A DNA stretch of 64,000 nucleotides from an uncultured Acidobacteriota bacterium (lineage in GTDB: Bacteria; Acidobacteriota; Thermoanaerobaculia; Multivoradales; JAHEKO01): assembly GCA_963713825.1 (NCBI GenBank), contig CAVQNG010000005.1:128001-192000 (forward strand). Direction: 5' to 3'. The notes beneath the pieces are model-generated. The model ran no database searches and was not told the DNA's origin. It was given only the letters and a program-made list of their open reading frames with translations. Below, piece after piece: positions 28,255 through 37,219 of this stretch. The first letter of the stretch is position 1. Each line of letters begins with the position of its first letter. The position numbers and the translations under genes are program-made.

Positions 28255-30984
28255 TTACCGTCCTGTCGCGACAAAAGCCCGTTGAACTTCTTCCAACCAA
28301 TTGAAAACCATAATCAGGTGGGCCCCTTTGCCCTCCTCGGTGCTCTGCGGGAACATCACAAACCCCTCACCCGAGGGTAGGACATCGTAGTCCTGGAATC
28401 GGAACCCGCTGACGGCCATTCCAGTTGTACCACCCCGAAAGCGACCTTCGAAGAGCTGCCGCGGTTTGCCGGCCCTGAAAGTGCCGCCCTGGCTCTCCAC
28501 CGAAACCACCATGAGGCCGGTGTCGGTGCGGTAGTAGAGCTCTTTCGCGTCAGGCGACCATAGAGGAATTCCACCGCCCTCGTCAGAGACCTGCCATTTA
28601 CCGCCCGCGGCTGGAAAAGGGCGCACGTAAACCTCGTCACTTCCGGACTCATCCGACGTATAGGCGACCCATCGACCATCGGGGGAGAAGGCTGGAGAAT
28701 TCTCGCTGAACTCGGTAGCCAGGAACATCTCGACCTCGGCGCTCTCGTCGAGTGCTAGAGCCCAGATGTTGCCTGTGCCGGCCTCGCCGATCAGGATCCG
28801 CCCATCGTTGGACCAGGAGGTCGGGAACAGGCTCTCCCCTTCGAGCTCGATAACGAGCTCTCCTTCGCCTGAGCCGTCGGCTCGCTTGCGGTAGATACCG
28901 TCTCCGCCGCCGCGGTCCGAATTGAAGACCAGATACTGCCCATCGGGGGACCAGACCTGGTCGCCGTCGTAGCCCTCGTTGAACGTCAGCCGAGTCGGTA
29001 CCTCACGCTCCAAGTCGTAGACCCAGATGTCCCAGTTGTCATCACGCAGAATGGTGAGTGCGAGCGACCTGCCATCCGGAGAGATTGACGGCGAGGTGTA
29101 GGTCCCGGGTTGCTGCCACAGTGTCGTCGTGGCGCCCTGATGGCTGACGGAGAGAATCGGGTACTCGGGCACGCTGAACTCACCTCCGACAAAGGCCAGG
29201 GTGCCGAGGTCCGAGACGCTGAACTGGGCGCCACCCTCGGAGTTGATGGCCACTCCCTGAACCAGGGGTGCCGGCGAGCCGGTGACCTCCAGTTTCTCGA
29301 GATCGAATGGGATGGCAAAGAGGGTGCCGCTGTTGGCGTAGACGAGATGACCGGACGCGACATAGCGCCCGAAGTGACCACCACTGTGCAGCACCTTGCG
29401 CTCTCCGCTTGCAAGATCGACTAGCTCGATCGAGGCCTCGTCGAAGGACTCGGCTTCGGCAACAATGCTCGTGAAGATCGCGGCTCGGGAGCCGGGCAGC
29501 ACCTGAGGCCAGCGGTGTGAGCTCTCTTCCTTGGCCTCGTCGAGTGTCGTCAAGGCCTCGGGATCTCCGCCTGTGGCAGAGACCCGTAGTAGTCCGGAAT
29601 TCGGATCGGGTGCGAAGACGATGTTGCCATCGTCACCCCAGCTCGAGCCGCGACTGCGCCCCACTTCGCACATTGTGATGGGAGTACCGCCAGTCACCGG
29701 CAGCTTCTTGAGTTCACCAGGGGTAACAAACCCCAGCCATTGGCTGTCCGGTGAAAAGAAGGGATGGTAGGGAGCGGATCCACCGCCGCCGGTGCCGGCC
29801 GCGAGTTGGGTTCCTTCCAGCTGATCCAGAGAACGCAGATAGAGCTCGGTCGAGTCTCCCTGACCTACGACGTAGGCCAGGTGTTTGCCATCGGGAGACA
29901 GCACCGTGGCTTCTCCCAGCGCCACCCAAAGCGGCGAGTCTGAAACTGCCACCTCTACTCTTGTTACGGGGCTGGGTGGGGTGGGCTCCGTGCTGCCGGG
30001 CCAGAGGAGGGCGCCAAGAAGGGCAAGTCCGAAGAGCCCAGCGACAGCCCAGGGCAGAGCCGCCTTCCATATTGGTTGAGTCTGGACTTCGATGGACGAG
30101 ATCTCGGCTTGCTCCTCGGTAGGGTTTGCCAGGTATTTCTGAATCCCGATTCGGGCTTCGCCGATTGCTTGCAGGCGCTCCTTCGAGTCCTTCTGGAGGC
30201 AGCGGTCCAGGAGCTCCCGGAGTGCCTTCGGCGTGTCGGCCGGAAGCTCTTCCCACTCCGGCTCTCTCGCCAACACGCCAGCCAGAGTGTCGGAAACCGT
30301 GTCTCCGGCGTAGACCGTCTTGCCTGTCAGCATCTCCATCAGCACCACGCCGAAGGCCCAGACATCGGCTCTCCGGTCCGCGGCCTGTCCCCGGGCCTGC
30401 TCTGGGCTCATGTAGGCAGCCGTACCCAGCAGGACACCGACTTCCGTCATTTGAGCGGTCAGGGTCGGGGAGAGAGACAGGCTTCCTGAGCCCGAGGAAT
30501 TGGGGTCCCCCGCGTCCAGCGCTTTGGCGAGACCGAAGTCGAGCACCTTGATCTGGCCGTCGGCGGAGACCTTGACATTGGCTGGCTTCAGGTCCCGGTG
30601 AATGATGCCCTTGTCGTGCGCGGCCTCGAGAGCCTCAGCGATCTGGAGCGCGATTTTGGCTGCCTTCTGGGGCGGAAGCTGGCCACGGGAGAGGAGCTCC
30701 TTGAGGTCCTCACCCTCGGCCAATTGCATGACGAGGAACTTGCGGCCTTCGGCCTCCTCGAGTCCGTAGATGGAAGCGATGTGCGGATGATCGAGCGCTG
30801 CCAGCACTCGCGCCTCGCGCTCGAAGCGGGCCATGCGATCGGCGTCCTGTGCGAAGGCCTCGGGCAGCACTTTGATCGCCACTTCGCGACCGAGATGCGT
30901 GTCTTCGCCCCGCCACACCTCGCCCATACCGCCTTCGCCGAGCTTGTCGGTTATCTTGTAGTGAGAGAGTTCCTGTCCGATCAT
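28255..30984 (-). CDS. Ser/Thr kinase - TM - TolB/PD40 propeller (first gene of tandem trio)
   Basis: Start MIGQELSHY at 30984 after GGAG, matching paralog starts; intact kinase motifs. Confidence 0.95.
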   Translation of the reverse strand: MIGQELSHYKITDKLGEGGMGEVWRGEDTHLGREVAIKVLPEAFAQDADRMARFEREARVLAALDHPHIASIYGLEEAEGRKFLVMQLAEGEDLKELLSRGQLPPQKAAKIALQIAEALEAAHDKGIIHRDLKPANVKVSADGQIKVLDFGLAKALDAGDPNSSGSGSLSLSPTLTAQMTEVGVLLGTAAYMSPEQARGQAADRRADVWAFGVVLMEMLTGKTVYAGDTVSDTLAGVLAREPEWEELPADTPKALRELLDRCLQKDSKERLQAIGEARIGIQKYLANPTEEQAEISSIEVQTQPIWKAALPWAVAGLFGLALLGALLWPGSTEPTPPSPVTRVEVAVSDSPLWVALGEATVLSPDGKHLAYVVGQGDSTELYLRSLDQLEGTQLAAGTGGGGSAPYHPFFSPDSQWLGFVTPGELKKLPVTGGTPITMCEVGRSRGSSWGDDGNIVFAPDPNSGLLRVSATGGDPEALTTLDEAKEESSHRWPQVLPGSRAAIFTSIVAEAESFDEASIELVDLASGERKVLHSGGHFGRYVASGHLVYANSGTLFAIPFDLEKLEVTGSPAPLVQGVAINSEGGAQFSVSDLGTLAFVGGEFSVPEYPILSVSHQGATTTLWQQPGTYTSPSISPDGRSLALTILRDDNWDIWVYDLEREVPTRLTFNEGYDGDQVWSPDGQYLVFNSDRGGGDGIYRKRADGSGEGELVIELEGESLFPTSWSNDGRILIGEAGTGNIWALALDESAEVEMFLATEFSENSPAFSPDGRWVAYTSDESGSDEVYVRPFPAAGGKWQVSDEGGGIPLWSPDAKELYYRTDTGLMVVSVESQGGTFRAGKPRQLFEGRFRGGTTGMAVSGFRFQDYDVLPSGEGFVMFPQSTEEGKGAHLIMVFNWLEEVQRAFVATGR

Positions 30985-31062
30985 CGTCGCTCCAATTGGA
31001 AGTGCCGAAGCACTCCCGACCCGTTGGCAGTTATCAGGAAAGCGTGGCACATGGTACTACAA

Positions 31063-31200
31063 GAGGGTTGAGGCGGCCGTCGTACCTTCGGCCGACCTTT
31101 GAGGGCTTGGGGGTTGAAGCGCCCGTCGTACCTTCGGCCGGTCTTTGAGGGCTTGGGGGTTGAGGCGCCCGTCGACCCGACCGTCGCGATCTCTTTGAGG
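31063..31200 (+). repeat. Module C mini-array, ~46-bp period
   Basis: TTTGAGGGCTTGGGGGTTGA at 31098 and 31144; partial units at 31063 and 31194. Confidence 0.9.
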
Positions 31201-31359
31201 CCCGTCCGGGTGGTCCGCAGGGGGACGGCGACGGCTACTCAGACTGCGATGGGCGGGCCGCCACCTTGTCTCGTCATCGCGCCTCCTCTGTTGTGCTCTG
31301 CGATGGCTCTTGCGCTGCACGCGACTCGGCACCCCCTTACGAACCACCCGAACGAACCT
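31198..31359 (-). repeat. Module A structured repeat, copy 3 (162 bp)
   Basis: Aligns end to end with copies 1 and 2. Confidence 0.92.
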
Positions 31360-31430
31360 CTGGCACCGTTGAAGGCAATAGGGGCGTAAGGGCCTAGGGG
31401 CTTAGGGGACTCTTGACCAAGCGGCATCCA

Positions 31431-31507
31431 GGGTTCGGCGTTGGGACCTCCAGGGGGTTCTTGCAGCGGAAGGGAGGATAGCCCCTTGGGGGCCCCACTT
31501 CGGACCC
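31431..31507 (+). repeat. Module B hairpin repeat, copy 3
   Basis: Invariant core GGGGGTTCTTGCAGCGGAAGGGAGGATAGCCCC. Confidence 0.9.
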
Positions 31508-31582
31508 TTGCGAGGCTCCGATCAAGCCGCACTGAAGCTCGGGTAGAATCGACTCACGACTTCGAAGCTGGAAGTGGAGACC

Positions 31583-34153
31583 ATGGCACTCGAACCAGGG
31601 AGCAAGCTCGGACCGTACGAGATCCTGGCGCCGTTGGGCGCGGGTGGGATGGGGGAGGTCTATCGGGCCCGCGACGACCGTCTCGAGCGGGAAGTTGCGA
31701 TCAAGGTGCTGCCAGAGGACCTAGCGGAAGATGCCAATCGGCTGGCTCGCTTCGAAAGAGAGGCCAAGGCAGTAGCGTCCCTCTCGCACCCCAACATCCT
31801 GGCGATCCACGACTTCGGGCGGCAGGGCTCTGTGACCTTCGCGGTGACAGAGTTGGTCGACGGAGACACCCTGGAAGACCTCATCGCCTCGGGAAACATA
31901 CCTCAACGCAAGGCCGTCGACTATTGCCGGCAAATCGCCAACGGACTGGCGGCGGCGCATGACAAAGGGGTCGTCCATCGGGACGTGAAACCGGCCAACG
32001 TGATCGTGAACCGTGAAGGGCGGGTCAAGATCCTCGACTTCGGCCTGGCCAAGCTCGAGCTTGTGACTGCCGATACGGAAGCACCGACGATGGCGGTTGC
32101 CTCGGGCGCCGGCACGGCTCCAGGAGCAGTTCTCGGAACTGTGGGTTACATGGCGCCCGAGCAGGTGAGGGGACTCGAGGCCGATCACAGGGCAGACATC
32201 TTCAGCCTCGGAGCCATCCTCTACGAGCTGTTGTCGGGTCGGCGGGCTTTTCGAGCCGAGTCGGCTGTGGAGACGATGAGCGCCATTCTCAAGGAGGATC
32301 CTCCAGAGCTGTCGTCGACTGTCGAGCAGCTGCCTTCGGGCCTCGAGTCTGTGGTTCAGCACTGCTTGGAGAAGAACCCCGAGGAGCGCTTCCAATCGGC
32401 TCGCGATTTGGCCTTTGCTCTCGACTCTGTCTCTCGCGTCTCCCAGTCTGGCCTGAGGCTAGTGGAGGCGGACTTGCCAAAGCAGAAGCGCCGTCTGTCG
32501 TGGATTTGGGCCGCCGGCCTGACCGCGGTCGCTCTACTGATCGGTTGGGCTGCCGGCAACTGGCTCAGGCAGGAAGACCCCGAAGTGCCGCCCACTTTTC
32601 AGCGCTTGAGTTTTCGTCGGGGTGCGATCCTCGCTGGCCGATTCGTGCCGGACGGTCAGTCCGTCATCTATGGAGCAGCTTGGGAAGGTCAGCCAGTCGA
32701 GCTGTTCACGACGCAGATCGGCACTCCGGGCTCGAGAGCTCTGAACCTCGGTTCGGCGGATGTTCTTTCGATCTCGGACTCGGGAGAGTTGGCGGTCTCC
32801 ATCGGTCGTCGGTTCGTCGCTGGCTTCGAAACTTCCGGCACACTCGCCAGGGTCTCCCTTGCCGGCGGAGCTCCCAGGATCTTGCTCGAAGACGTGCACG
32901 AAGCCGACTGGGGACCCGATGGAGAAAGCCTGGCGGTGGCGCGCCTGGTGGGCGGACGCTACCAGTTGGAATACCCCATGGGCGAGGTCCTCTTCGAGAC
33001 CAATGGCTGGATCGGTGAGATGAGAGTGAGCCCGGATGGCCAGCACATTGCCTTCGTGGATCATCCCGTGCGGGGCGACAACGTAGGTACCGTGACGATC
33101 GTCGACCTGGCCGGCGAGGCTACGACCATCCAGGTCCAGGGGAGTCAAGGCCTGGCCTGGACACCCGACGGCTCCGAAATCTGGGTAGCTCATGGAAGAA
33201 CAATCCGAGCCCTGAACCTTGACGGAGAGCAACGCCAGGTCTGGTCGGGCGCAACCACGATTCGGATCCTCGATATCGATGCAGAGGGAAGGGTTCTGGT
33301 GGCTCCCTTGCAGGTGCGCCGGGAGATGGCTGGGAAAGCACCCGGAGGGGAGGAAATGAACCTCTCCTGGTTCGATTGGTCCGGCCCCCGAGGGCTCTCG
33401 ACCGATGGACGGACTGTGCTTTTCGACGAAGGCAATAGGGGTGATGACGAAGGGTACTGGGTCTTCCTCAGGGGGACCGATGGTTCGGCGCCGGTGCGGA
33501 TGGGCTCTGGAGTGGGTGTCGCGATATCTCCCGACGGAGAGCAGGTGTTGATCATCTCCTATCCCTTCACGGATCCGAGGTTCGTCCTATTGCCGGTCGG
33601 GGCCGGTGAACAGCGTGAAGTCGATGTTGGTGACATTCGCCTGCAGCCGCTGGCGATCTGGCAGCCCAGCGGCCGGGGGTTCGTCTTCGCCGGCTCGAAT
33701 GAAGGCGAAGGAACGCGACTGTTTCTCAAGGATCTCGATAGCGGTGAGGTTCGGCCGGTGACGCCTCCGGGCGTCGAGGTGCATGAACCCAAGTCGATGT
33801 CCCCTGATGGGCAGTCGGTGGTTGTAAGGGCACCCGACGGTCATTTGACCCGTTATTCGTTGACCGGGGGCGAGCCTTCGCCGATTCTGGGAGCGGAACC
33901 GGCAGACTTCGCCATTCGGTTCGACGAGACCGGCGAGTCGCTCTACGTGCTGCAATTCGGCCGGCTGCCAAGCCCGGTCTACAAGATCCATCTCGCCACA
34001 GGCGAGCGGTCCCTGTCGGGTGAGCTCTCTCCCTCCGATCCTGCGGGCGTCTTCGATGTCGACAAACTATTCATGACGGCCGACGGCTCCGCATACGTCT
34101 ACTCCTACCGAAGATTCCTCAGCGATCTGATCGTCGTCGAAGGACTCGAATAG
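31583..34153 (+). CDS. Ser/Thr kinase - TM - TolB-like propeller (distinct subfamily)
   Basis: GAGGMGEV, HRDVKPAN, DFG, GTVGYMAPEQ; FQRLSFRRG; SPDG repeats; ATG 31583 after GGAGA. Confidence 0.95.
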   Translation: MALEPGSKLGPYEILAPLGAGGMGEVYRARDDRLEREVAIKVLPEDLAEDANRLARFEREAKAVASLSHPNILAIHDFGRQGSVTFAVTELVDGDTLEDLIASGNIPQRKAVDYCRQIANGLAAAHDKGVVHRDVKPANVIVNREGRVKILDFGLAKLELVTADTEAPTMAVASGAGTAPGAVLGTVGYMAPEQVRGLEADHRADIFSLGAILYELLSGRRAFRAESAVETMSAILKEDPPELSSTVEQLPSGLESVVQHCLEKNPEERFQSARDLAFALDSVSRVSQSGLRLVEADLPKQKRRLSWIWAAGLTAVALLIGWAAGNWLRQEDPEVPPTFQRLSFRRGAILAGRFVPDGQSVIYGAAWEGQPVELFTTQIGTPGSRALNLGSADVLSISDSGELAVSIGRRFVAGFETSGTLARVSLAGGAPRILLEDVHEADWGPDGESLAVARLVGGRYQLEYPMGEVLFETNGWIGEMRVSPDGQHIAFVDHPVRGDNVGTVTIVDLAGEATTIQVQGSQGLAWTPDGSEIWVAHGRTIRALNLDGEQRQVWSGATTIRILDIDAEGRVLVAPLQVRREMAGKAPGGEEMNLSWFDWSGPRGLSTDGRTVLFDEGNRGDDEGYWVFLRGTDGSAPVRMGSGVGVAISPDGEQVLIISYPFTDPRFVLLPVGAGEQREVDVGDIRLQPLAIWQPSGRGFVFAGSNEGEGTRLFLKDLDSGEVRPVTPPGVEVHEPKSMSPDGQSVVVRAPDGHLTRYSLTGGEPSPILGAEPADFAIRFDETGESLYVLQFGRLPSPVYKIHLATGERSLSGELSPSDPAGVFDVDKLFMTADGSAYVYSYRRFLSDLIVVEGLE

Positions 34154-34186
34154 CGTCGGCCGCTAGGCCGGTAGCGGCCCCGCGAC

Positions 34187-34278
34187 CTTGGGGTTGAGGC
34201 ATCCGGTGCTTTGCACCGGCTGATCTTTGAGGGCTTGGGGGATGAGGCGTCTGGACTCCGTCCAGCCGATCTCTGGGG
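34187..34278 (+). repeat. Module C mini-array
   Basis: TTTGAGGGCTTGGGGGATGAG at 34226-34246; spacer hairpins CCGGTGC-TTT-GCACCGG and CTGGAC-TCC-GTCCAG. Confidence 0.82.
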
Positions 34279-34358
34279 TAGTGGGGGAACGTGGGCCTGG
34301 GGGCTCGGACGAATCACACTTCCATGTCAACGGCACGTGACTTGCGTAGACTTGGGGT

Positions 34359-36227
34359 ATGGACTCAGCGGGTCACTCGTCCTCGTGGCGGCAGAGATTG
34401 CACTGGATCGTTGTTACGGCTCTGACAGTCCTTATTCTTGTCCCAGGCTCGGCCTGGGGTCAGCCGGCAGAGAGCTTCGGCGAAGAGGAGCGAGTCACCG
34501 CAATCGATCTGGTCGTCGCCCCGCGGGAGACCGGGAGCTCTGCCAGAAAGTCGGCCAAGGACCTCAAGCCCGAGGACTTCCGTCTGACAGTTGGAGGTGA
34601 GTCGCGGCGGGTCGTTGCGATTGGACCCCCGAGCTTTGGCAACCTGTCCGAATCGTGGCAGGTCGTGGTCTATGTTGACGAAGCTCTCTCGAGTGCATCC
34701 ACGGTGCGCTGGGCTTCGGATCTCTTGCTTCAGCAGAGTGAAGACCTTGTCCGCCTGGGACAAGTGGATCTCGTCGTTGCAGCGGCAGAGCCCGTCTTCC
34801 TGCTGCGGGGCAATCGGGACGCGGGGTTGCTGAGAAACTCCCTGGTCAGGCTCTCGGAAAGCGATAGAGGTCGTGATGATCTCACCGCTCTGCGCTCGGC
34901 GTTTCTGACTGCCTTGCACGACGACCAGGGGGCCTACGCTCCTGACGAGCTCAGGACGGCGTTTCGGGCTGAAGAAGAGCGGCTGATCCAAAGCCGGATG
35001 GACATTCTGCTCACCTTCCTGGCCGATGATGTCGTAGCCGGAAGTCGCCGGGTGTTGTTCCTGGTGAGTGACGGCTTCGATCTGGTTCCCGACGACTTCT
35101 ATGCCCTGTGGTCGAGAATCGAGTTGGGGAGCTCGGAACAGGCGACCTCCCAGGATGTAGAGATCTCCGATTCAGAACTGGCCCTCAGAGAATCCGTGTC
35201 AACGACGGCCCGAGCGGTGAGTGCTTACGGCTGGATCACTCATCCGCTCGTCGCGCCCGAGCGCCCCAGTCCTCTCGTGCCCGGTCTCAGAGTAGGAAAA
35301 TGGCGCCTCAGTGGTCCCGCCGGGGGTCGCATCATCGGGTTCAAAATCGTCCGAGAGCACCAACGAAAGAAACAGAAGGCGGAGAACCTGGTCGAGCTGG
35401 GGCTGGCTCAGCTGGAGAAAGGCGAAGCCGGAAAAGCGGAGGAGTCCTTTCGGCAGGCTCTCGTCCACTTCGCCGGAGATCCGAAGACCGCTCTAAGTCA
35501 GGCGCAGGCCTACCTCGGTCTCAGCGAGGCCCTGGCGTTGCAAGACGAAGCGCAAGGGGCCCGCGAAGCCCTGGCTCAGGCGGCAGTGCTCGATCCGGCC
35601 ATCGAAGAGGAGAACCCGGCCGCCGTCGCGGCACTCTGGGATCCACTCGAGCCTTTGAATCTGCTCGCGTTGGAGAGCTCTGGTGGGCTCGTCGCCAACC
35701 AGGAAGAGCTGATCGCCACGACCACGGACCTCGGACGACGTCTCAGACTGACTTATCAGGAGGTTGGTCCACCTCGCGGTGAGATGCAGCGGGCCAGCAT
35801 CGACTGGGCCGAGAGAGAAGGAGACTTGCGATCTCCGGCTTGGACACGATTCGGCACGCCGGAAGCCGTCGCGGCCGCCCGGGCCCGCAGCCTGCTGGAT
35901 GGTCGGTTCGCGGATACCGAGCTCGATCTGGACCTGGTGGTGCAGTCCTCGGAGCCGGGTCGAGGTTGGACTCTCCAGGTGACGTTCGAGGAGCCTCCTG
36001 ATCTGGAAGGGTGGGAGGAGAGTCGGCTCCTACGGGTAACTGTTGCAACCGCTGCGCCCGATGCGACGCCAGAGGTGACGCATCGCCTGCTGCGGGGTTC
36101 CGAGGAAGATCCTTGGCCCTTGTTCAGTAGTCAGGTGGTGACCGATGGCCCGCAGAGTTGGCTGGTTGTAGTCATGGAGGACCTGGCTACTGGCAACTGG
36201 GCTGCGGATGTTGTCGAGATTCCCTGA
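34359..36227 (+). CDS. Exported acidobacterial VWA-like protein with TPR insert
   Basis: Signal peptide; DLKPEDFRLTVGG, VVVYVD, RRVLFLVSDGFD, LALESSGG; TPR-like LVELGLAQLEKG...AEESFRQAL. Confidence 0.65.
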   Translation: MDSAGHSSSWRQRLHWIVVTALTVLILVPGSAWGQPAESFGEEERVTAIDLVVAPRETGSSARKSAKDLKPEDFRLTVGGESRRVVAIGPPSFGNLSESWQVVVYVDEALSSASTVRWASDLLLQQSEDLVRLGQVDLVVAAAEPVFLLRGNRDAGLLRNSLVRLSESDRGRDDLTALRSAFLTALHDDQGAYAPDELRTAFRAEEERLIQSRMDILLTFLADDVVAGSRRVLFLVSDGFDLVPDDFYALWSRIELGSSEQATSQDVEISDSELALRESVSTTARAVSAYGWITHPLVAPERPSPLVPGLRVGKWRLSGPAGGRIIGFKIVREHQRKKQKAENLVELGLAQLEKGEAGKAEESFRQALVHFAGDPKTALSQAQAYLGLSEALALQDEAQGAREALAQAAVLDPAIEEENPAAVAALWDPLEPLNLLALESSGGLVANQEELIATTTDLGRRLRLTYQEVGPPRGEMQRASIDWAEREGDLRSPAWTRFGTPEAVAAARARSLLDGRFADTELDLDLVVQSSEPGRGWTLQVTFEEPPDLEGWEESRLLRVTVATAAPDATPEVTHRLLRGSEEDPWPLFSSQVVTDGPQSWLVVVMEDLATGNWAADVVEIP

Positions 36228-36283
36228 AATTCGACTGAGTTGAAATTCAGTGTCCTGGGGCTTGGGCCCTGGGTCCTGGGATT

Positions 36284-36335
36284 GTAGGGGAGAGGCTCGC
36301 CTTCTCCCGCGGGCGCCGGCAAAGGACTCCCCGAC
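36284..36335 (+). repeat. Degenerate GTAG-type REP doublet, preceded by heptamer repeats (36253-36280)
   Basis: GTAGGGGAG...CTCCC...CTCCCCGAC. Confidence 0.5.
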
Positions 36336-36407
36336 CCGAAGTAGCGCCAGAAGTCTGCCAAATCCGAGCGTGTGAAAGGGTTTGAAGGTTGAGGGTAAAC
36401 TCCTGAC

Positions 36408-36779
36408 GTGACCAGGATCCTGGCAATCGGTTGTGGCGGGTTCATGGGTGCTGTGCTGCGGTACTGGATCTCCGGCTGGGTCTATTCGCTCGGCCACGGT
36501 GGCTTTCCCACAGGCACACTCGTCGTCAACGTAGTCGGGTCCTTTCTGCTGGGCCTGGTTGTGGGCCTGGCCGAGCACTTCGTCATCCACCCGAATCTGC
36601 AGCCTTTCCTGACGATCGGTCTCCTCGGGGCATTCACGACCTTCTCGACGTTCTCGTTCGAGACGATGGCTCTGCTAGAGGGCGGGTCGTATTCGAAGGC
36701 GCTACTCAATGTCGGTGCCAGCGTGATGCTGGGGCTGGTGGCCGTTCTTGTCGGCCTGGTCGCGGGCCGGGCGCTCTAG
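36408..36779 (+). CDS. crcB: Fluoride channel Fluc/CrcB
   Basis: GGFMGAVLRY, FPTGTLVVNVVGSF, GLLGAFTTFSTF. Confidence 0.95.
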   Translation: MTRILAIGCGGFMGAVLRYWISGWVYSLGHGGFPTGTLVVNVVGSFLLGLVVGLAEHFVIHPNLQPFLTIGLLGAFTTFSTFSFETMALLEGGSYSKALLNVGASVMLGLVAVLVGLVAGRAL

Positions 36780-36788
36780 GGGCACTGT

Positions 36789-37139
36789 ATGGAAATCAGG
36801 GGATCCGGAAAGCTGCTGAGAGTCTATGTGGGAGCCGATGACCGTCTGAAGGGCAAACCCCTATTCGAAGCCATCGTCTTGCGATTACGTGAGATTGGAC
36901 TCGCCGGGGCGACCGTCTTGCGGGGCATCGAGGGCTTTGGAGCTGATAGCCGGGTCGTGCATACGGCTCGTCTGCTCCGACTCTCCGAGGACCTGCCGAT
37001 TCTCGTCGAGGTCGTCGATAGCGAAGAAAGGATCGGGCAGGCGGTGAGCGCTGTAGAAGAGATGCTGGAAGAGGCCGATTGCGGCAGCCTGATGACCCTG
37101 GAGAAGGTAGAGATCATTCGCTATCGTCCGGGCAAGTAG
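36789..37139 (+). CDS. DUF190 (PII-like) protein
   Basis: LLRVYVG, GLAGATVLRGIEGFG, LSEDLPILVEVVD; usual crcB neighbour. Confidence 0.9.
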   Translation: MEIRGSGKLLRVYVGADDRLKGKPLFEAIVLRLREIGLAGATVLRGIEGFGADSRVVHTARLLRLSEDLPILVEVVDSEERIGQAVSAVEEMLEEADCGSLMTLEKVEIIRYRPGK

Positions 37140-37219
37140 AGGCAATCGCGAGCCTGTGGAAGACAGTTTCAGGAGGTCGATCTGGGACCTTCGAGGGACC
37201 AATTGAGAGGAGACTCGAC

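Noticed and set aside
22787-30984. Diversity-generating retroelement or assembly duplication behind the kinase trio
   Set aside because: No reverse transcriptase or TR/VR pair with adenine-specific changes; paralogs differ at many synonymous sites throughout.
31063-31200. Module C arrays as CRISPR arrays
   Set aside because: Only 2-4 units per locus, degenerate repeats, spacers that share motifs and are themselves hairpins, and no leader or cas genes.
36228-36407. Fluoride riboswitch upstream of crcB
   Set aside because: No GGCGATGG...TGA.. consensus; the hairpin is REP-like and crcB appears leaderless.
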